Shown here piece by piece: positions 26,763-36,283 of a DNA stretch of 64,000 nucleotides. The notes below the pieces were generated by a model. It had not been told where the DNA came from, ran no database searches, and worked only from the letters and a program-made list of their open reading frames with translations. Where the stretch lies: assembly GCA_964406495.1 (NCBI GenBank), contig CAYOSB010000001.1, positions 716 to 64,715 of the forward strand, written 5' to 3'. Each line of letters opens with the position of its first letter. Positions within the stretch are counted from its first letter, which is position 1. The DNA comes from an uncultured Bacteroidaceae bacterium (GTDB lineage: Bacteria > Bacteroidota > Bacteroidia > Bacteroidales > GCA-2748055). The position numbers were made by a program, and so were the translations under genes.

Positions 26763-26770
26763 TATATTTG
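26763..26770 (+). promoter_or_regulatory. -7 promoter box TATATTTG
   Basis: Exact TAnnTTTG match, 28 nt upstream of the ATG at 26798. The track TTG start at 26768 lies inside this box. Confidence 0.5.
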
Positions 26771-26797
26771 TCTTACAATCATGTAAGTAACATTAAT

Positions 26798-29752
26798 ATG
26801 GGTTACTCAATTAAAAATTGTTTGCAACCAGATTTTTGCCGTGGCCCGGCCCTGTTTTTTATGGTTGCATTTGTGTGGCTGTCTGCATCTCATCTGCCTG
26901 CACAGATCAAGGATATCGGATTGCCTTTTATCAACAATTACAGCCGCAGCAGTTACCAGGCCGGAACCCAGAACTGGTCCATCACGCAGGATCCGCAGGG
27001 CAACATGTATTTCGCAAACAATGATGGCGTGTTGGTATACGACGGTACCAACTGGGAATTACATCCCCTGCCCAATGGATCGGTGGTAAGGTCCGTGGCC
27101 TATTACAACGACAGGCTGTATGCAGGCGGATTTGATGAGTTCGGCTATTTCCAGATGAATCCCAGGGGTTCGCTGGAATATATATCCCTGTACGATCAGC
27201 TTCCCGTGGACCTGCAGGCGAGTGGAGAAATCTGGGGTATCTTTTCAACGCATTACGGACTGGTATTCCAGTCTTTTTACAGACTCTATATCTTCAAAAA
27301 TGATGAACTGATCTCCATTGCACCTCCAACAGAATTCGGTTTTTCTTATTATGTGAATAACATTCTTTACCTGGTTGACAGGGAAACCGGAATCTATACA
27401 CTGAATGATGACCGGTTGGAACTGTTGTATGAAGACAAGGTTTTTTTCCGGGAAAATGAAATACCCTTTATCATTCCCACCAGTAACAGCAGCCTGCTGA
27501 TCGGCACTACCAACCAGGGCATATTCAATTTCAATGGTACACAACTCATTCCCTGGCGGGGAGCGTTGAATAAAATTTTTCGCAAAGAGCAGATCTATAC
27601 CGGGATCGCACTCCCGGGAAAACAGATAGCTGTAGGCACCATACAGGATGGGCTGTATGTCATTAACATGAAAGGAGATATCATTCTTCACATCAATCGC
27701 AAAAAAGGATTGCAGAATAATTCCGTCCTGAGCCTGTTTACCGACAGACAGGAAAACCTCTGGCTGGGGCTCGACAACGGGATCGATGCACTTGAAATAA
27801 GTTCCCCGATTACAACACTTAATTACCTCTCCACCTATGCTTCTACAATTCACAATGAAATTCTGTACATTGGAACCAATAGCGGGCTTTTTGCCATGAA
27901 TCTTGCACAAATCAGCAACCAATCCCTTTTGAACGAGGAATTTCAATTGATCGAAGGCACCAAGGGACAGGTCTGGTCCCTTGAGATCATCAACAACTCC
28001 CTGATTTGTGGTCATGCCAACGGCACCTTCAGTATCGACGGTTATTCCGCCGAACGACTATCTGATATTCAGGGTGGATGGGATTACATTGAAGTACCCT
28101 GGGATCAAAACAAGGTAATCGGAGGTGTCTACAAGGGAATGCTGCTGTATGAGAAAGCTTCAGGGCCAGGGGATGGCATGAAACTGGCCGGCCCGGTGGA
28201 AGGATTCAGCGAATCCTCCAGGGAATTGCTGTTTGATAATGACGGAAACCTCTGGATCACACACGGCTATAAAGGAATATACAGGCTGAAACTGTCTGCG
28301 GATGGAAGTAATGTGATCCACGCGGAACTTTATAATAATTCAAGGGGCTTGCCTGGATTGCCTTACAGCCTGTCCGAAATTGAAGGAGCGTTTTATATTG
28401 TCGCCAGTGATGGAATCTATTTCTATGACAGCGACCAGGACGGCTTCTATATTGACCCCCGGCTGACTGGCTTGTTGGGAGATTTCAGCGGGCTCACCAA
28501 GGTAATCGAAGACTATAAGGGGGACATCTGGTTTTTCAGTGCAGGAGGATTAAGCGTACTTAGGCGCCAGGAAGATGGCAGTTTTTCAAAGATCTCTGTT
28601 CCTTTCAACAGGGTGAAGGATCGGCTGATGTCATCCACTTTTGAGAACATTTTCGTTTACAATGATGAAAATGTATTCATCGGCGGTAGTGATGGCCTGC
28701 TGCATTATAATGCAGAAGCAATAAAAGACTTCCAAATTCCTTATAACACTTTTCTCCGGAACATCACTGTAAAAAGCAATTCAAAGGATTCACTGCTGTT
28801 TCATACTTATTTGCCCGATTCATCACAAATAAAGAAAACCCTGGATGCCGAACTTTCCTACAGGTTCAATTCCATCTCTTTTCAATTCATGTCGCCGTAC
28901 TTTGAAGCTCCGCACCAGATCACCTATTCCTACAGGCTGAAAGGCTACAATAATACCTGGTCTTCATGGAGCAATCTCACCAACAGGGAGTACACCAATC
29001 TGAGGGAAGGAATTTACACGTTTGAAGTGCAGGCTAAAAACGTTTATGACCATGTAAGTATCCCGGCTTCCTTCGAATTCCAGGTGCTGCCCCCGCTGTA
29101 CAGAACCAAAGCAGCCTATGCCATCTACTTGATCTCCCTGGTCCTGCTGGTCTATTTCCTTGTCAAGTACATAAGGAAAAAAGTTGAAGAAGCCAGGGAA
29201 CATGAAAAGCGAAAACTTAATAAGGTGCTAAAAGCCAGGGAACAGGAATTCTTTGAAGAAACAAAAATGTCGCAGGAAGAGATTGAACGCCTTAAAAACG
29301 AAAAATTACTTATTGAAATGCGGCACAAAGACATGGAGCTTGCAAACTCAACCATGCATATCATACAGAAAAACAGATTTCTGAACAAAATAAAAAATGA
29401 TGCACAAGAGCTGATCAGTCAATTACAGCTTGAATCCAACAAGCAAAAGTTAAAACTAATTGTAAGACGCATCGATAAGGATATACGAAGTGACCAGCAG
29501 TGGAAAGTGTTCGATAAGTATTTCGAAGAAGTGCACCAGGATTTCACCAAACGCATCAAGGAACGGCATCCCACCCTTACACCCAATGACCTGCGGCTTT
29601 GCTCGTATCTTCGGATGAACATATCCACGAAAGAGATCGCTCCCCTGATGAACATTTCTGTAAGGGGAGTGGAAATCAGCCGCTACCGTTTGAGAAAAAA
29701 ACTTGATCTTGACCGGGATACCAACCTGACGGAATACATCATGAGTATTTAG
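26798..29752 (+). CDS. Transmembrane one-component regulator: propeller repeats + Y_Y_Y domain, TM helix, LuxR-type HTH (PUL-B)
   Basis: N-terminal anchor GPALFFMVAFVWLSASHLPAQ, then propeller repeats. The Y_Y_Y region is YSYRLKGYNNTW...YTNLREGIYTFEVQA. The TM helix is AAYAIYLISLVLLVYFLVKYI, followed by a coiled coil. The HTH is LTPNDLRLCSYLRMNISTKEIAPLMNISVRGVEISRYRLRKKLDL. No kinase or receiver domains are visible. Confidence 0.85.
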   Translation: MGYSIKNCLQPDFCRGPALFFMVAFVWLSASHLPAQIKDIGLPFINNYSRSSYQAGTQNWSITQDPQGNMYFANNDGVLVYDGTNWELHPLPNGSVVRSVAYYNDRLYAGGFDEFGYFQMNPRGSLEYISLYDQLPVDLQASGEIWGIFSTHYGLVFQSFYRLYIFKNDELISIAPPTEFGFSYYVNNILYLVDRETGIYTLNDDRLELLYEDKVFFRENEIPFIIPTSNSSLLIGTTNQGIFNFNGTQLIPWRGALNKIFRKEQIYTGIALPGKQIAVGTIQDGLYVINMKGDIILHINRKKGLQNNSVLSLFTDRQENLWLGLDNGIDALEISSPITTLNYLSTYASTIHNEILYIGTNSGLFAMNLAQISNQSLLNEEFQLIEGTKGQVWSLEIINNSLICGHANGTFSIDGYSAERLSDIQGGWDYIEVPWDQNKVIGGVYKGMLLYEKASGPGDGMKLAGPVEGFSESSRELLFDNDGNLWITHGYKGIYRLKLSADGSNVIHAELYNNSRGLPGLPYSLSEIEGAFYIVASDGIYFYDSDQDGFYIDPRLTGLLGDFSGLTKVIEDYKGDIWFFSAGGLSVLRRQEDGSFSKISVPFNRVKDRLMSSTFENIFVYNDENVFIGGSDGLLHYNAEAIKDFQIPYNTFLRNITVKSNSKDSLLFHTYLPDSSQIKKTLDAELSYRFNSISFQFMSPYFEAPHQITYSYRLKGYNNTWSSWSNLTNREYTNLREGIYTFEVQAKNVYDHVSIPASFEFQVLPPLYRTKAAYAIYLISLVLLVYFLVKYIRKKVEEAREHEKRKLNKVLKAREQEFFEETKMSQEEIERLKNEKLLIEMRHKDMELANSTMHIIQKNRFLNKIKNDAQELISQLQLESNKQKLKLIVRRIDKDIRSDQQWKVFDKYFEEVHQDFTKRIKERHPTLTPNDLRLCSYLRMNISTKEIAPLMNISVRGVEISRYRLRKKLDLDRDTNLTEYIMSI

Positions 29753-30019
29753 ACGCTGCCTGTATCTAATATGTCCGGGATGGCCCGTGCATCCTATGTT
29801 ACAGCAATAATTGAAGGTTCGCTTTTGCCTGACATGCGATACCACAATAAATTTCAATCGCTGAATGCTCTGGCACGGAAGAGATGCAAATCACCACGGT
29901 AACACACTTGCTTCACTACCGACCTCCGATACTTCTTAAGCAATGAAGAGATATTGAAAAATAAGATTGAAGCATCATTCAATATTATTTATACGCTTAT
30001 TTATAGCACTTTACAAACG

Positions 30020-30041
30020 TAATGATGTAATAATGATGTAT
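30020..30041. promoter_or_regulatory. Tandem 11-bp repeat TAATGATGTAA/TAATGATGTAT upstream of susC (PUL-B)
   Basis: Head-to-tail copies at 30020-30030 and 30031-30041, 115 nt upstream of the susC ATG. They share the core TGATGTA-TA with the reverse complement of the 26698-26752 units. A degenerate GGATGTATCC and ATGATGA follow at 30056-30072. Confidence 0.55.
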
Positions 30042-30155
30042 TATAAAAAATGAACGGATGTATCCATGATGAGCCAAATAATTAGGTAGTGTTTTGTGTA
30101 ATCATCTATTTTTATTTTTCAATGTATCGAACTCAAACCAACTTAAATTGAATTT

Positions 30156-33100
30156 ATGAAAAGATTTATTGCCTTAACACTGTTTCTTGGTCTGGTCTTT
30201 TCCCTGTCTGCGCAGATAAAGACAGTTCAGGGAACCGTCAGGGAAACTGATTCCGGAGAAACATTGCCCGGAGTTTCAGTAGTCATCAAGGGTACCACCA
30301 GAGGTACCATCACAGACTTCGATGGAAAATACTCCATCCAGGCAGCCGATGATGAGGTGCTATCCTTCTCGTATGTAGGCTACCTTACAAAAGATGTGCC
30401 CGTGGGCGATCAAACCACTATTGATGTACAGCTCGACCTGGATATTGCAGGTCTCGAAGAAGTAGTGGTCATCGGTTATGGTACAGTTAAAAAGGAAGAT
30501 GTTACCGGTGCCGTATCGGTGGTAAATTCAGAGGTGATCTCTGACCTGAAGCCATTAAAGGCTGAGCAGGCCCTGCAGGGTACTGTTGCCGGTGTAAATG
30601 TAACCAGCCAGTCGGGAGCCCCAGGCGCCGGACTGGATATCCGCATCAGGGGTATCTCCACCAATGGCGATGCATCGCCCCTGGTGATGATCGACGGGTA
30701 CCAGGGCGACATGAGCCTTCTGAACCCGAATGACATTGAGTCCATCACGGTGCTCAAAGATGCCCAGGCTGCCATCTACGGAACGATTGGTGCCAACGGA
30801 GTGATCCTGATCACCACGAAGAAAGGGACCAGGAATACGCCCACACAGGTATCTATCAACAGTAATTACGGTATCCAGGAAACAACAAAAAAGTTGAACC
30901 TGCTGAATGCAACTGAATATGCAGTACTATTAAATGAAAGCTATGCAGCAAGCGGGGAAGCCCTTCCGTATCCGGATGTTTCAGGACTCGGACTCGGGAC
31001 TGACTGGCAGGGAGTGTTATTCGAAAGGGCACCCACCACCAATAACGATATCAGTGTGTCCGGCGGAACAGACAAGTTCATTTACTCTCTCAGTGCATCT
31101 GATCTTCGTCAGCAGGGTATCATTGGTGCCGACAAGACAGGCTTTCGAAGGAACACGGCACGACTGAGCATGGGAGGAGACCTGTACGATTGGCTGAAAT
31201 TCAACAGTGCGATTGTGTATACTTACCTGGACAGGAAATCCATCAACGATTTTGGACTTGGCTCCGTGCTTTTTAATGCGATCAACATGCCACCCACCCA
31301 CCCTGTATTCAATGAAGACGGGGACTACTTCCTTGCTCCGGGCAACCTGGGGATCGAAATCATCAATCCCATGGCGCAGATTGCCAATACCTATAATGAC
31401 TATAACCTGAATAAACTGAACGGGAATTTTGGCCTGGATGCCAGCTTTGCAGAGCACTTTACCGCCACAGCCCGGATCGGATTTAATACCACGAACGACA
31501 GGAACAAATCATTCTCGAAAATTGTTGATTACGGAGGTAAGGTATTTGACGTTGCACGCAGCAGTGTTAACCAGGGGAGAAACAACTACAACGATTATAC
31601 CTTTGATTTATACGCCTCCTATAACAATACATTCCTCGACGGACACCAGGTGACCGTGAACGTGGGTACCTCCGTGTTCAAGGAATGGGGCAACAATCTT
31701 TCAGGCACAGGGTATGATATTCCCTACAACTCCTGGGAATTTGCCGATATCGCACTGGCAGATGGCATCATCGAATCAAAATCTGTCGGATCATGGGTAT
31801 ATGACCAGCGGCGTCTCTCCTACTTCGGGCGACTGCAATATGACTACCAGGGAAAATACCTGATGTCGGCCATGCTGCGTCGTGACGCCTCAACGAAATT
31901 CGGACCCGACAATACCTTCCAGTTTTTCCCATCAGTTACCCTGGGCTGGAAAGCATCTGAAGAAAGTTTCATGTCGGATATCGACATTATCAATCACCTG
32001 AAACTGCGCATGAGTTATGGCCTCCTCGGTTCCGACAAGATCGGAAGCTACCGGTATATTTCCCAGCTCAATGGGGAAGCCACCTATGTACTCGACGGTG
32101 GACTGGTGTTTGGGAGAGCAGTAGGCGTACTGCCCAACTCTGCAGTAAAATGGGAGGAATCGGAGCAGTTCGACGTCGGGCTTGACCTCAGGATTATGAA
32201 CAACAGGCTCACTTTTACGGCCGACTATTTCATCAAAAATACCAACAACCTGTTGCTTGTCACACCGGTATCAGGCATCTACGGGTCAGGAGCCCCGGGC
32301 AGCGGGTATCCTACGGTAAACGCAGGAGCAGTCCGAAACAGCGGACTTGAAATGGCCCTGGGATTCAGGGGTCTCATTGGAGAAGAGCTGAGCTATGGCA
32401 TTAACTATAATGTCACTTACCTGCAGAACGAAGTGACCCAGGTGGACAATAATACCGGGTACGTTGAAGGAGGATCCTTTGGTGTGGGACAGCCACTACC
32501 GGCCAGAATGGAAGTAGGATTCCCTATCGGGTATTATTATGGGTATGTAACCGATGGTATTTTCCAGACCCAGGCGGAAGTGGAGGCACATCCCTCGCAG
32601 TCAGCACTGGGAGCTGAAGCTGCACCAGGGGACATCAGGTTCAAGGATACAGAAGGAGATGGTGACATTGATACCGATGACAGGGTGTACCTCGGGGATC
32701 CGATCCCTGACTTCGTAATGGGACTGAACCTCACGGTTGCATACAAAGGGTTTGATCTTGTTGGTTACGCCTACGCCTCTATCGGAAATGAGATCGTACG
32801 CAACTACGAACGTACCCAGCCCAATGTGAACCGCCTGGCCTATTATATGGACAGATGGACAGGCAATGAAACCAGTACAACAGTTCCAAGGCTTACGACA
32901 GCAGCAACTTCAAATAATGTCTTCTCTGATTTTTACGTAGAGGATGGCTCCTACCTGCGATTGCAGAATCTGCAATTGGGGTATACCCTTCCGTCATCGC
33001 TTACAGAGAAAGCATCCATGCGTGATGTGAGGGTATATGTTGCTGCAACCAACCTCTTCACACTCTCAAAATATATGGGATTTGACCCGGCTGCATCTAC

Positions 33101-33185
33101 AGGAGCGCCGGTCGGAGCAGGCTTCGACAATGGTTTCTACCCGGCAGCCAGAATTTACACAGTGGGCCTGAACCTTAACTTCTAA
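30156..33185 (+). CDS. susC: SusC/RagA-family TonB-linked outer-membrane transporter (PUL-B)
   Basis: Signal peptide, then a carboxypeptidase-regulatory-like domain (VQGTVRETDSGETLPGVSVVIKGT) and a plug (ITVLKDAQAAIYGTIGANGVILITTK). It is 1009 aa and ends GLNLNF. Confidence 0.92.
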   Translation: MKRFIALTLFLGLVFSLSAQIKTVQGTVRETDSGETLPGVSVVIKGTTRGTITDFDGKYSIQAADDEVLSFSYVGYLTKDVPVGDQTTIDVQLDLDIAGLEEVVVIGYGTVKKEDVTGAVSVVNSEVISDLKPLKAEQALQGTVAGVNVTSQSGAPGAGLDIRIRGISTNGDASPLVMIDGYQGDMSLLNPNDIESITVLKDAQAAIYGTIGANGVILITTKKGTRNTPTQVSINSNYGIQETTKKLNLLNATEYAVLLNESYAASGEALPYPDVSGLGLGTDWQGVLFERAPTTNNDISVSGGTDKFIYSLSASDLRQQGIIGADKTGFRRNTARLSMGGDLYDWLKFNSAIVYTYLDRKSINDFGLGSVLFNAINMPPTHPVFNEDGDYFLAPGNLGIEIINPMAQIANTYNDYNLNKLNGNFGLDASFAEHFTATARIGFNTTNDRNKSFSKIVDYGGKVFDVARSSVNQGRNNYNDYTFDLYASYNNTFLDGHQVTVNVGTSVFKEWGNNLSGTGYDIPYNSWEFADIALADGIIESKSVGSWVYDQRRLSYFGRLQYDYQGKYLMSAMLRRDASTKFGPDNTFQFFPSVTLGWKASEESFMSDIDIINHLKLRMSYGLLGSDKIGSYRYISQLNGEATYVLDGGLVFGRAVGVLPNSAVKWEESEQFDVGLDLRIMNNRLTFTADYFIKNTNNLLLVTPVSGIYGSGAPGSGYPTVNAGAVRNSGLEMALGFRGLIGEELSYGINYNVTYLQNEVTQVDNNTGYVEGGSFGVGQPLPARMEVGFPIGYYYGYVTDGIFQTQAEVEAHPSQSALGAEAAPGDIRFKDTEGDGDIDTDDRVYLGDPIPDFVMGLNLTVAYKGFDLVGYAYASIGNEIVRNYERTQPNVNRLAYYMDRWTGNETSTTVPRLTTAATSNNVFSDFYVEDGSYLRLQNLQLGYTLPSSLTEKASMRDVRVYVAATNLFTLSKYMGFDPAASTGAPVGAGFDNGFYPAARIYTVGLNLNF

Positions 33186-33197
33186 ATCATAAGGAAA

Positions 33198-34688
33198 ATG
33201 AAAAATATCATATTCAAGCGAACAATCATTACCGGGATCTTTTCGATCTTACTGCTGGTCTCGTCTTGCAACGATGACTTTGTGATCGTATCCCCGGAGT
33301 ATTCCATTGATTCCGAGAACTATTTCAACTCTGAAGAAGATTATTACAATGCACTTATTGCAGCCTATGACATGCTGCAATCCACCTACCTGAATGCCAT
33401 CCTTGGAGAAATTGCCTCCGACAATACCTTATGCGGAGGTGAAAATCCAACTGATGTGATCGGCTGGCAACAGATCGACGACATGATCCATACACCTGTC
33501 AACAGCAACCTCCAGGATCTCTGGAACTGGATGTTCGCAGGAGTGCAGCGTACCAACTATTTCATGGAGTTCCAGGAAAACATCGACTTTGAAGGAAAAG
33601 AACAGATGATCGGAGAGATCCGTTTCCTGAGAGCCTATTACAATTTTGAGCTGGTAAAATGGTTCGGTCCTATTCCCATCAAACCAAATGCAAGGTTCAG
33701 CCTTGGAGATGCAGAAACCATACCACGGTCGCCTGTAGCTGATGTGTACAATCATATTACACAGGACCTGATCTATGCTTCCAGTGTGCTGCCGGAACAA
33801 CCTGTCCAGATCGGCAGGGCAACCAAGGGCGCTGCACAGGCATTGCTCGGAAAAACCTACCTGTTCCAGGAAAAATTCACGGAAGCAGCAGCCGTACTCG
33901 ACTCAGTTATCCTGAGCGGCAATTACTCCCTGGTCACCGATTTCAACTCCATTTTTGAAGCCGAGGGTGAAAATGGCCCGGAATCAGTATTTGAAGTACA
34001 ATACACCGACGTAGAAGGTGCCGGCTTTGATTGTCTGCAATGTAGTGAAGGAAATGTAGCAGTTGGATTCAGCGGTGTACGCGGATATGAAGGTCCGCTG
34101 TTCACTCCCGGGTTCAGTTTCAACGTGCCGGTACAGGAGGCAGTGGATGCCTTTTCGAATGCGGATCATCGAAAGAATGTGGCCATCCTGGATATCGCAT
34201 CCTGGGCCGACTCCACAGGAGCATCCTACACCACCGGTAATGAACACACCGGGTATTTCAACAGGAAATACATTCCGCGCAAAAGAAGCGATGAGGCAGC
34301 AAGCGACCGTAACCTGACCAACCCCAACAACTACCGGGCAATCAGGTACGCTGATGTGCTGCTGATGGCTGCCGAGGCTTACAACCGCGGGCAGATCTCC
34401 GATACCAAGGCCCAGGAATACCTGAACGAGGTTCGTGAAAGGGCTTTCGGGGACGAGAACCATAACATCACATTCACCGGAACCGATCTTACCGAAGCCA
34501 TCTACACTGAGCGAAGGCTGGAGCTGATGGGCGAAGGACACCGGTTCTTCGACCTGGTCAGAACCGGCAAGGCGGCCAACGCCATCGAAGGTTTTGAAAC
34601 CGATAAGAACGAAGTGTTCCCCATTCCGCTCGAGGAAATCCAGTTTTCAAATGGTAACTGGGAACAAAATCCGAACTACATAAACTAA
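33198..34688 (+). CDS. susD: SusD/RagB-family nutrient-binding lipoprotein (PUL-B)
   Basis: Lipoprotein signal ILLLVSSCNDDF. It is 496 aa and starts 12 nt after susC. It carries the SusD-type C-terminal segment RRLELMGEGHRFFDLVR. Confidence 0.9.
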   Translation: MKNIIFKRTIITGIFSILLLVSSCNDDFVIVSPEYSIDSENYFNSEEDYYNALIAAYDMLQSTYLNAILGEIASDNTLCGGENPTDVIGWQQIDDMIHTPVNSNLQDLWNWMFAGVQRTNYFMEFQENIDFEGKEQMIGEIRFLRAYYNFELVKWFGPIPIKPNARFSLGDAETIPRSPVADVYNHITQDLIYASSVLPEQPVQIGRATKGAAQALLGKTYLFQEKFTEAAAVLDSVILSGNYSLVTDFNSIFEAEGENGPESVFEVQYTDVEGAGFDCLQCSEGNVAVGFSGVRGYEGPLFTPGFSFNVPVQEAVDAFSNADHRKNVAILDIASWADSTGASYTTGNEHTGYFNRKYIPRKRSDEAASDRNLTNPNNYRAIRYADVLLMAAEAYNRGQISDTKAQEYLNEVRERAFGDENHNITFTGTDLTEAIYTERRLELMGEGHRFFDLVRTGKAANAIEGFETDKNEVFPIPLEEIQFSNGNWEQNPNYIN

Positions 34689-34696
34689 AAAAAACC

Positions 34697-36271
34697 ATGA
34701 TGAAAATCTCAAAAATCATAACAGCTATTCTCATCCTGGTCGGGACAGTCTCCTGCAACCAGATTGAAGACAGACTATACTCATTTGAAGAGGTGACACC
34801 CCCTTCGGATGTTACTGCGATCACCAGCATCACTGCTGATAATACCGGTAAAGTTGTTTTTATACCGAGCTCCGAAGGTGCCACCACCTATATGGTCACC
34901 TTTGGCGACACGGTGGATGAACAGCCCGCGGAATTCGGGATCAAGGAGGAAATATCACATTTCTATGGCGAAGGCACCTATACCTATGGCATCACTGCCG
35001 TGGGTATCACGGGGCTGACCTCAGAGGAATTCACGGATGAGATCACCGTATCCTTCATCCCTCCCTCCAACCTGTCGGTCACCGCAGAAAGCGATCCGTC
35101 GGTTTCCAGGCAAATCAATATTTCTGCAACAGCCGATAATGCCACCTCCATCGAATTCTATTTCGGAGAGGTCACTGGTGATGATCCAACAATTGCGGAC
35201 CCGGGGGAAACCGTTTCCCATATATACGCAGAGGCCGGTGATTACGATATCACAATAGTGGCTAAAAATGCAGCCATTGAAACCGTCGATACCACCATCA
35301 CGGTTAATGCCATTGAAATAACAGGCCCCCAGGAAGCAGCGCCAACACCTTCCGGAAGACTCGATTCAGATGTGATCTCGGTCTTCAGTGATGCCTATAC
35401 GGACCTGGCCAATACCGATTTTAATCCCGACTGGGGCCAGTCAACTATTGTTACAACTGAGGCAATTGAAAACAACAGTACATTAAAATATGCCAACCTG
35501 AATTACCAGGGGACCCAATTCGAAAGTGCGATTGATGCATCAGGCATGGAATATATCCACGTGGATATGTGGACCGACAATGCCACATCGGTCAACTTCT
35601 CGCTGATCAGCTCCGGCCCGGCGGAAACGCCTTATGCAATGCCCATCACGTCCGGTGAATGGGTGAGTTATGACATAGCGCTTTCGGAGTTTTCAACCGT
35701 TGTGGACCTGTCGGACATTATTCAGTTCAAGTTTGACGGAACTGAAGGGTCGACCATTTACCTGGACAATATATTCTTCTATCGCGAAGGAGCATCGACT
35801 GCCGTGGAACTGCCACTGGATTTCGAATCCTCCACAGTAGACTACACCTGGACCGATTTTGACGGGGGGCAGGTTGCGATCATCGATAACCCGCAGTCGG
35901 GTGGAATCAACACCAGCGCAAAAGTTGGCCAAATGGTGAAAAATGCCGGTCAGCCATGGGGTGGAAGCTACATCACCCTGGATGCACCCATTGACTTCTC
36001 AGTGAACAAAACCTTCAAAATGAAGGTGTTTGCCCCCAATGCCGGCGACAATGTGCTGTTGAAAGTGGAAAACGCAGACAATGGAGCGATCGCCTTTGAA
36101 CAAGAGGTCGCCACCACGGTCGGGAATGCCTGGGAAGAGCTGACGTTTGACTACAGTGGTATCGATGACCAGGAGTACCAGAAGATCGTGCTCATCTTCG
36201 AACTGGGAACCGTAGGAGATGGCTCGGCAGACTTCACCTACTTATTCGATGACATTGTATTAACCAATTAA
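34697..36271 (+). CDS. Surface glycan-binding lipoprotein: two PKD/Ig-like domains + X2 module + X1 module
   Basis: Lipoprotein signal ILILVGTVSCNQ. Its X2 and X1 modules are clear paralogues of those in the 23508-26513 protein. In X1 I count about 24 mismatches over about 137 manually aligned residues. Confidence 0.8.
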   Translation: MMKISKIITAILILVGTVSCNQIEDRLYSFEEVTPPSDVTAITSITADNTGKVVFIPSSEGATTYMVTFGDTVDEQPAEFGIKEEISHFYGEGTYTYGITAVGITGLTSEEFTDEITVSFIPPSNLSVTAESDPSVSRQINISATADNATSIEFYFGEVTGDDPTIADPGETVSHIYAEAGDYDITIVAKNAAIETVDTTITVNAIEITGPQEAAPTPSGRLDSDVISVFSDAYTDLANTDFNPDWGQSTIVTTEAIENNSTLKYANLNYQGTQFESAIDASGMEYIHVDMWTDNATSVNFSLISSGPAETPYAMPITSGEWVSYDIALSEFSTVVDLSDIIQFKFDGTEGSTIYLDNIFFYREGASTAVELPLDFESSTVDYTWTDFDGGQVAIIDNPQSGGINTSAKVGQMVKNAGQPWGGSYITLDAPIDFSVNKTFKMKVFAPNAGDNVLLKVENADNGAIAFEQEVATTVGNAWEELTFDYSGIDDQEYQKIVLIFELGTVGDGSADFTYLFDDIVLTN

Positions 36272-36283
36272 ACATTCAAGAAG

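Noticed and set aside
26768-26797. TTG start for the PUL-B regulator ORF
   Set aside because: The TTG is the last three bases of the TATATTTG -7 box itself. The ATG at 26798 is 28 nt downstream, matching the spacing seen at the other regulator.
27245-28015. 256-aa minus-strand ORF inside the PUL-B regulator gene
   Set aside because: It is fully antisense to a well-supported CDS, has no recognisable motifs or signal, and has the composition typical of a shadow ORF.
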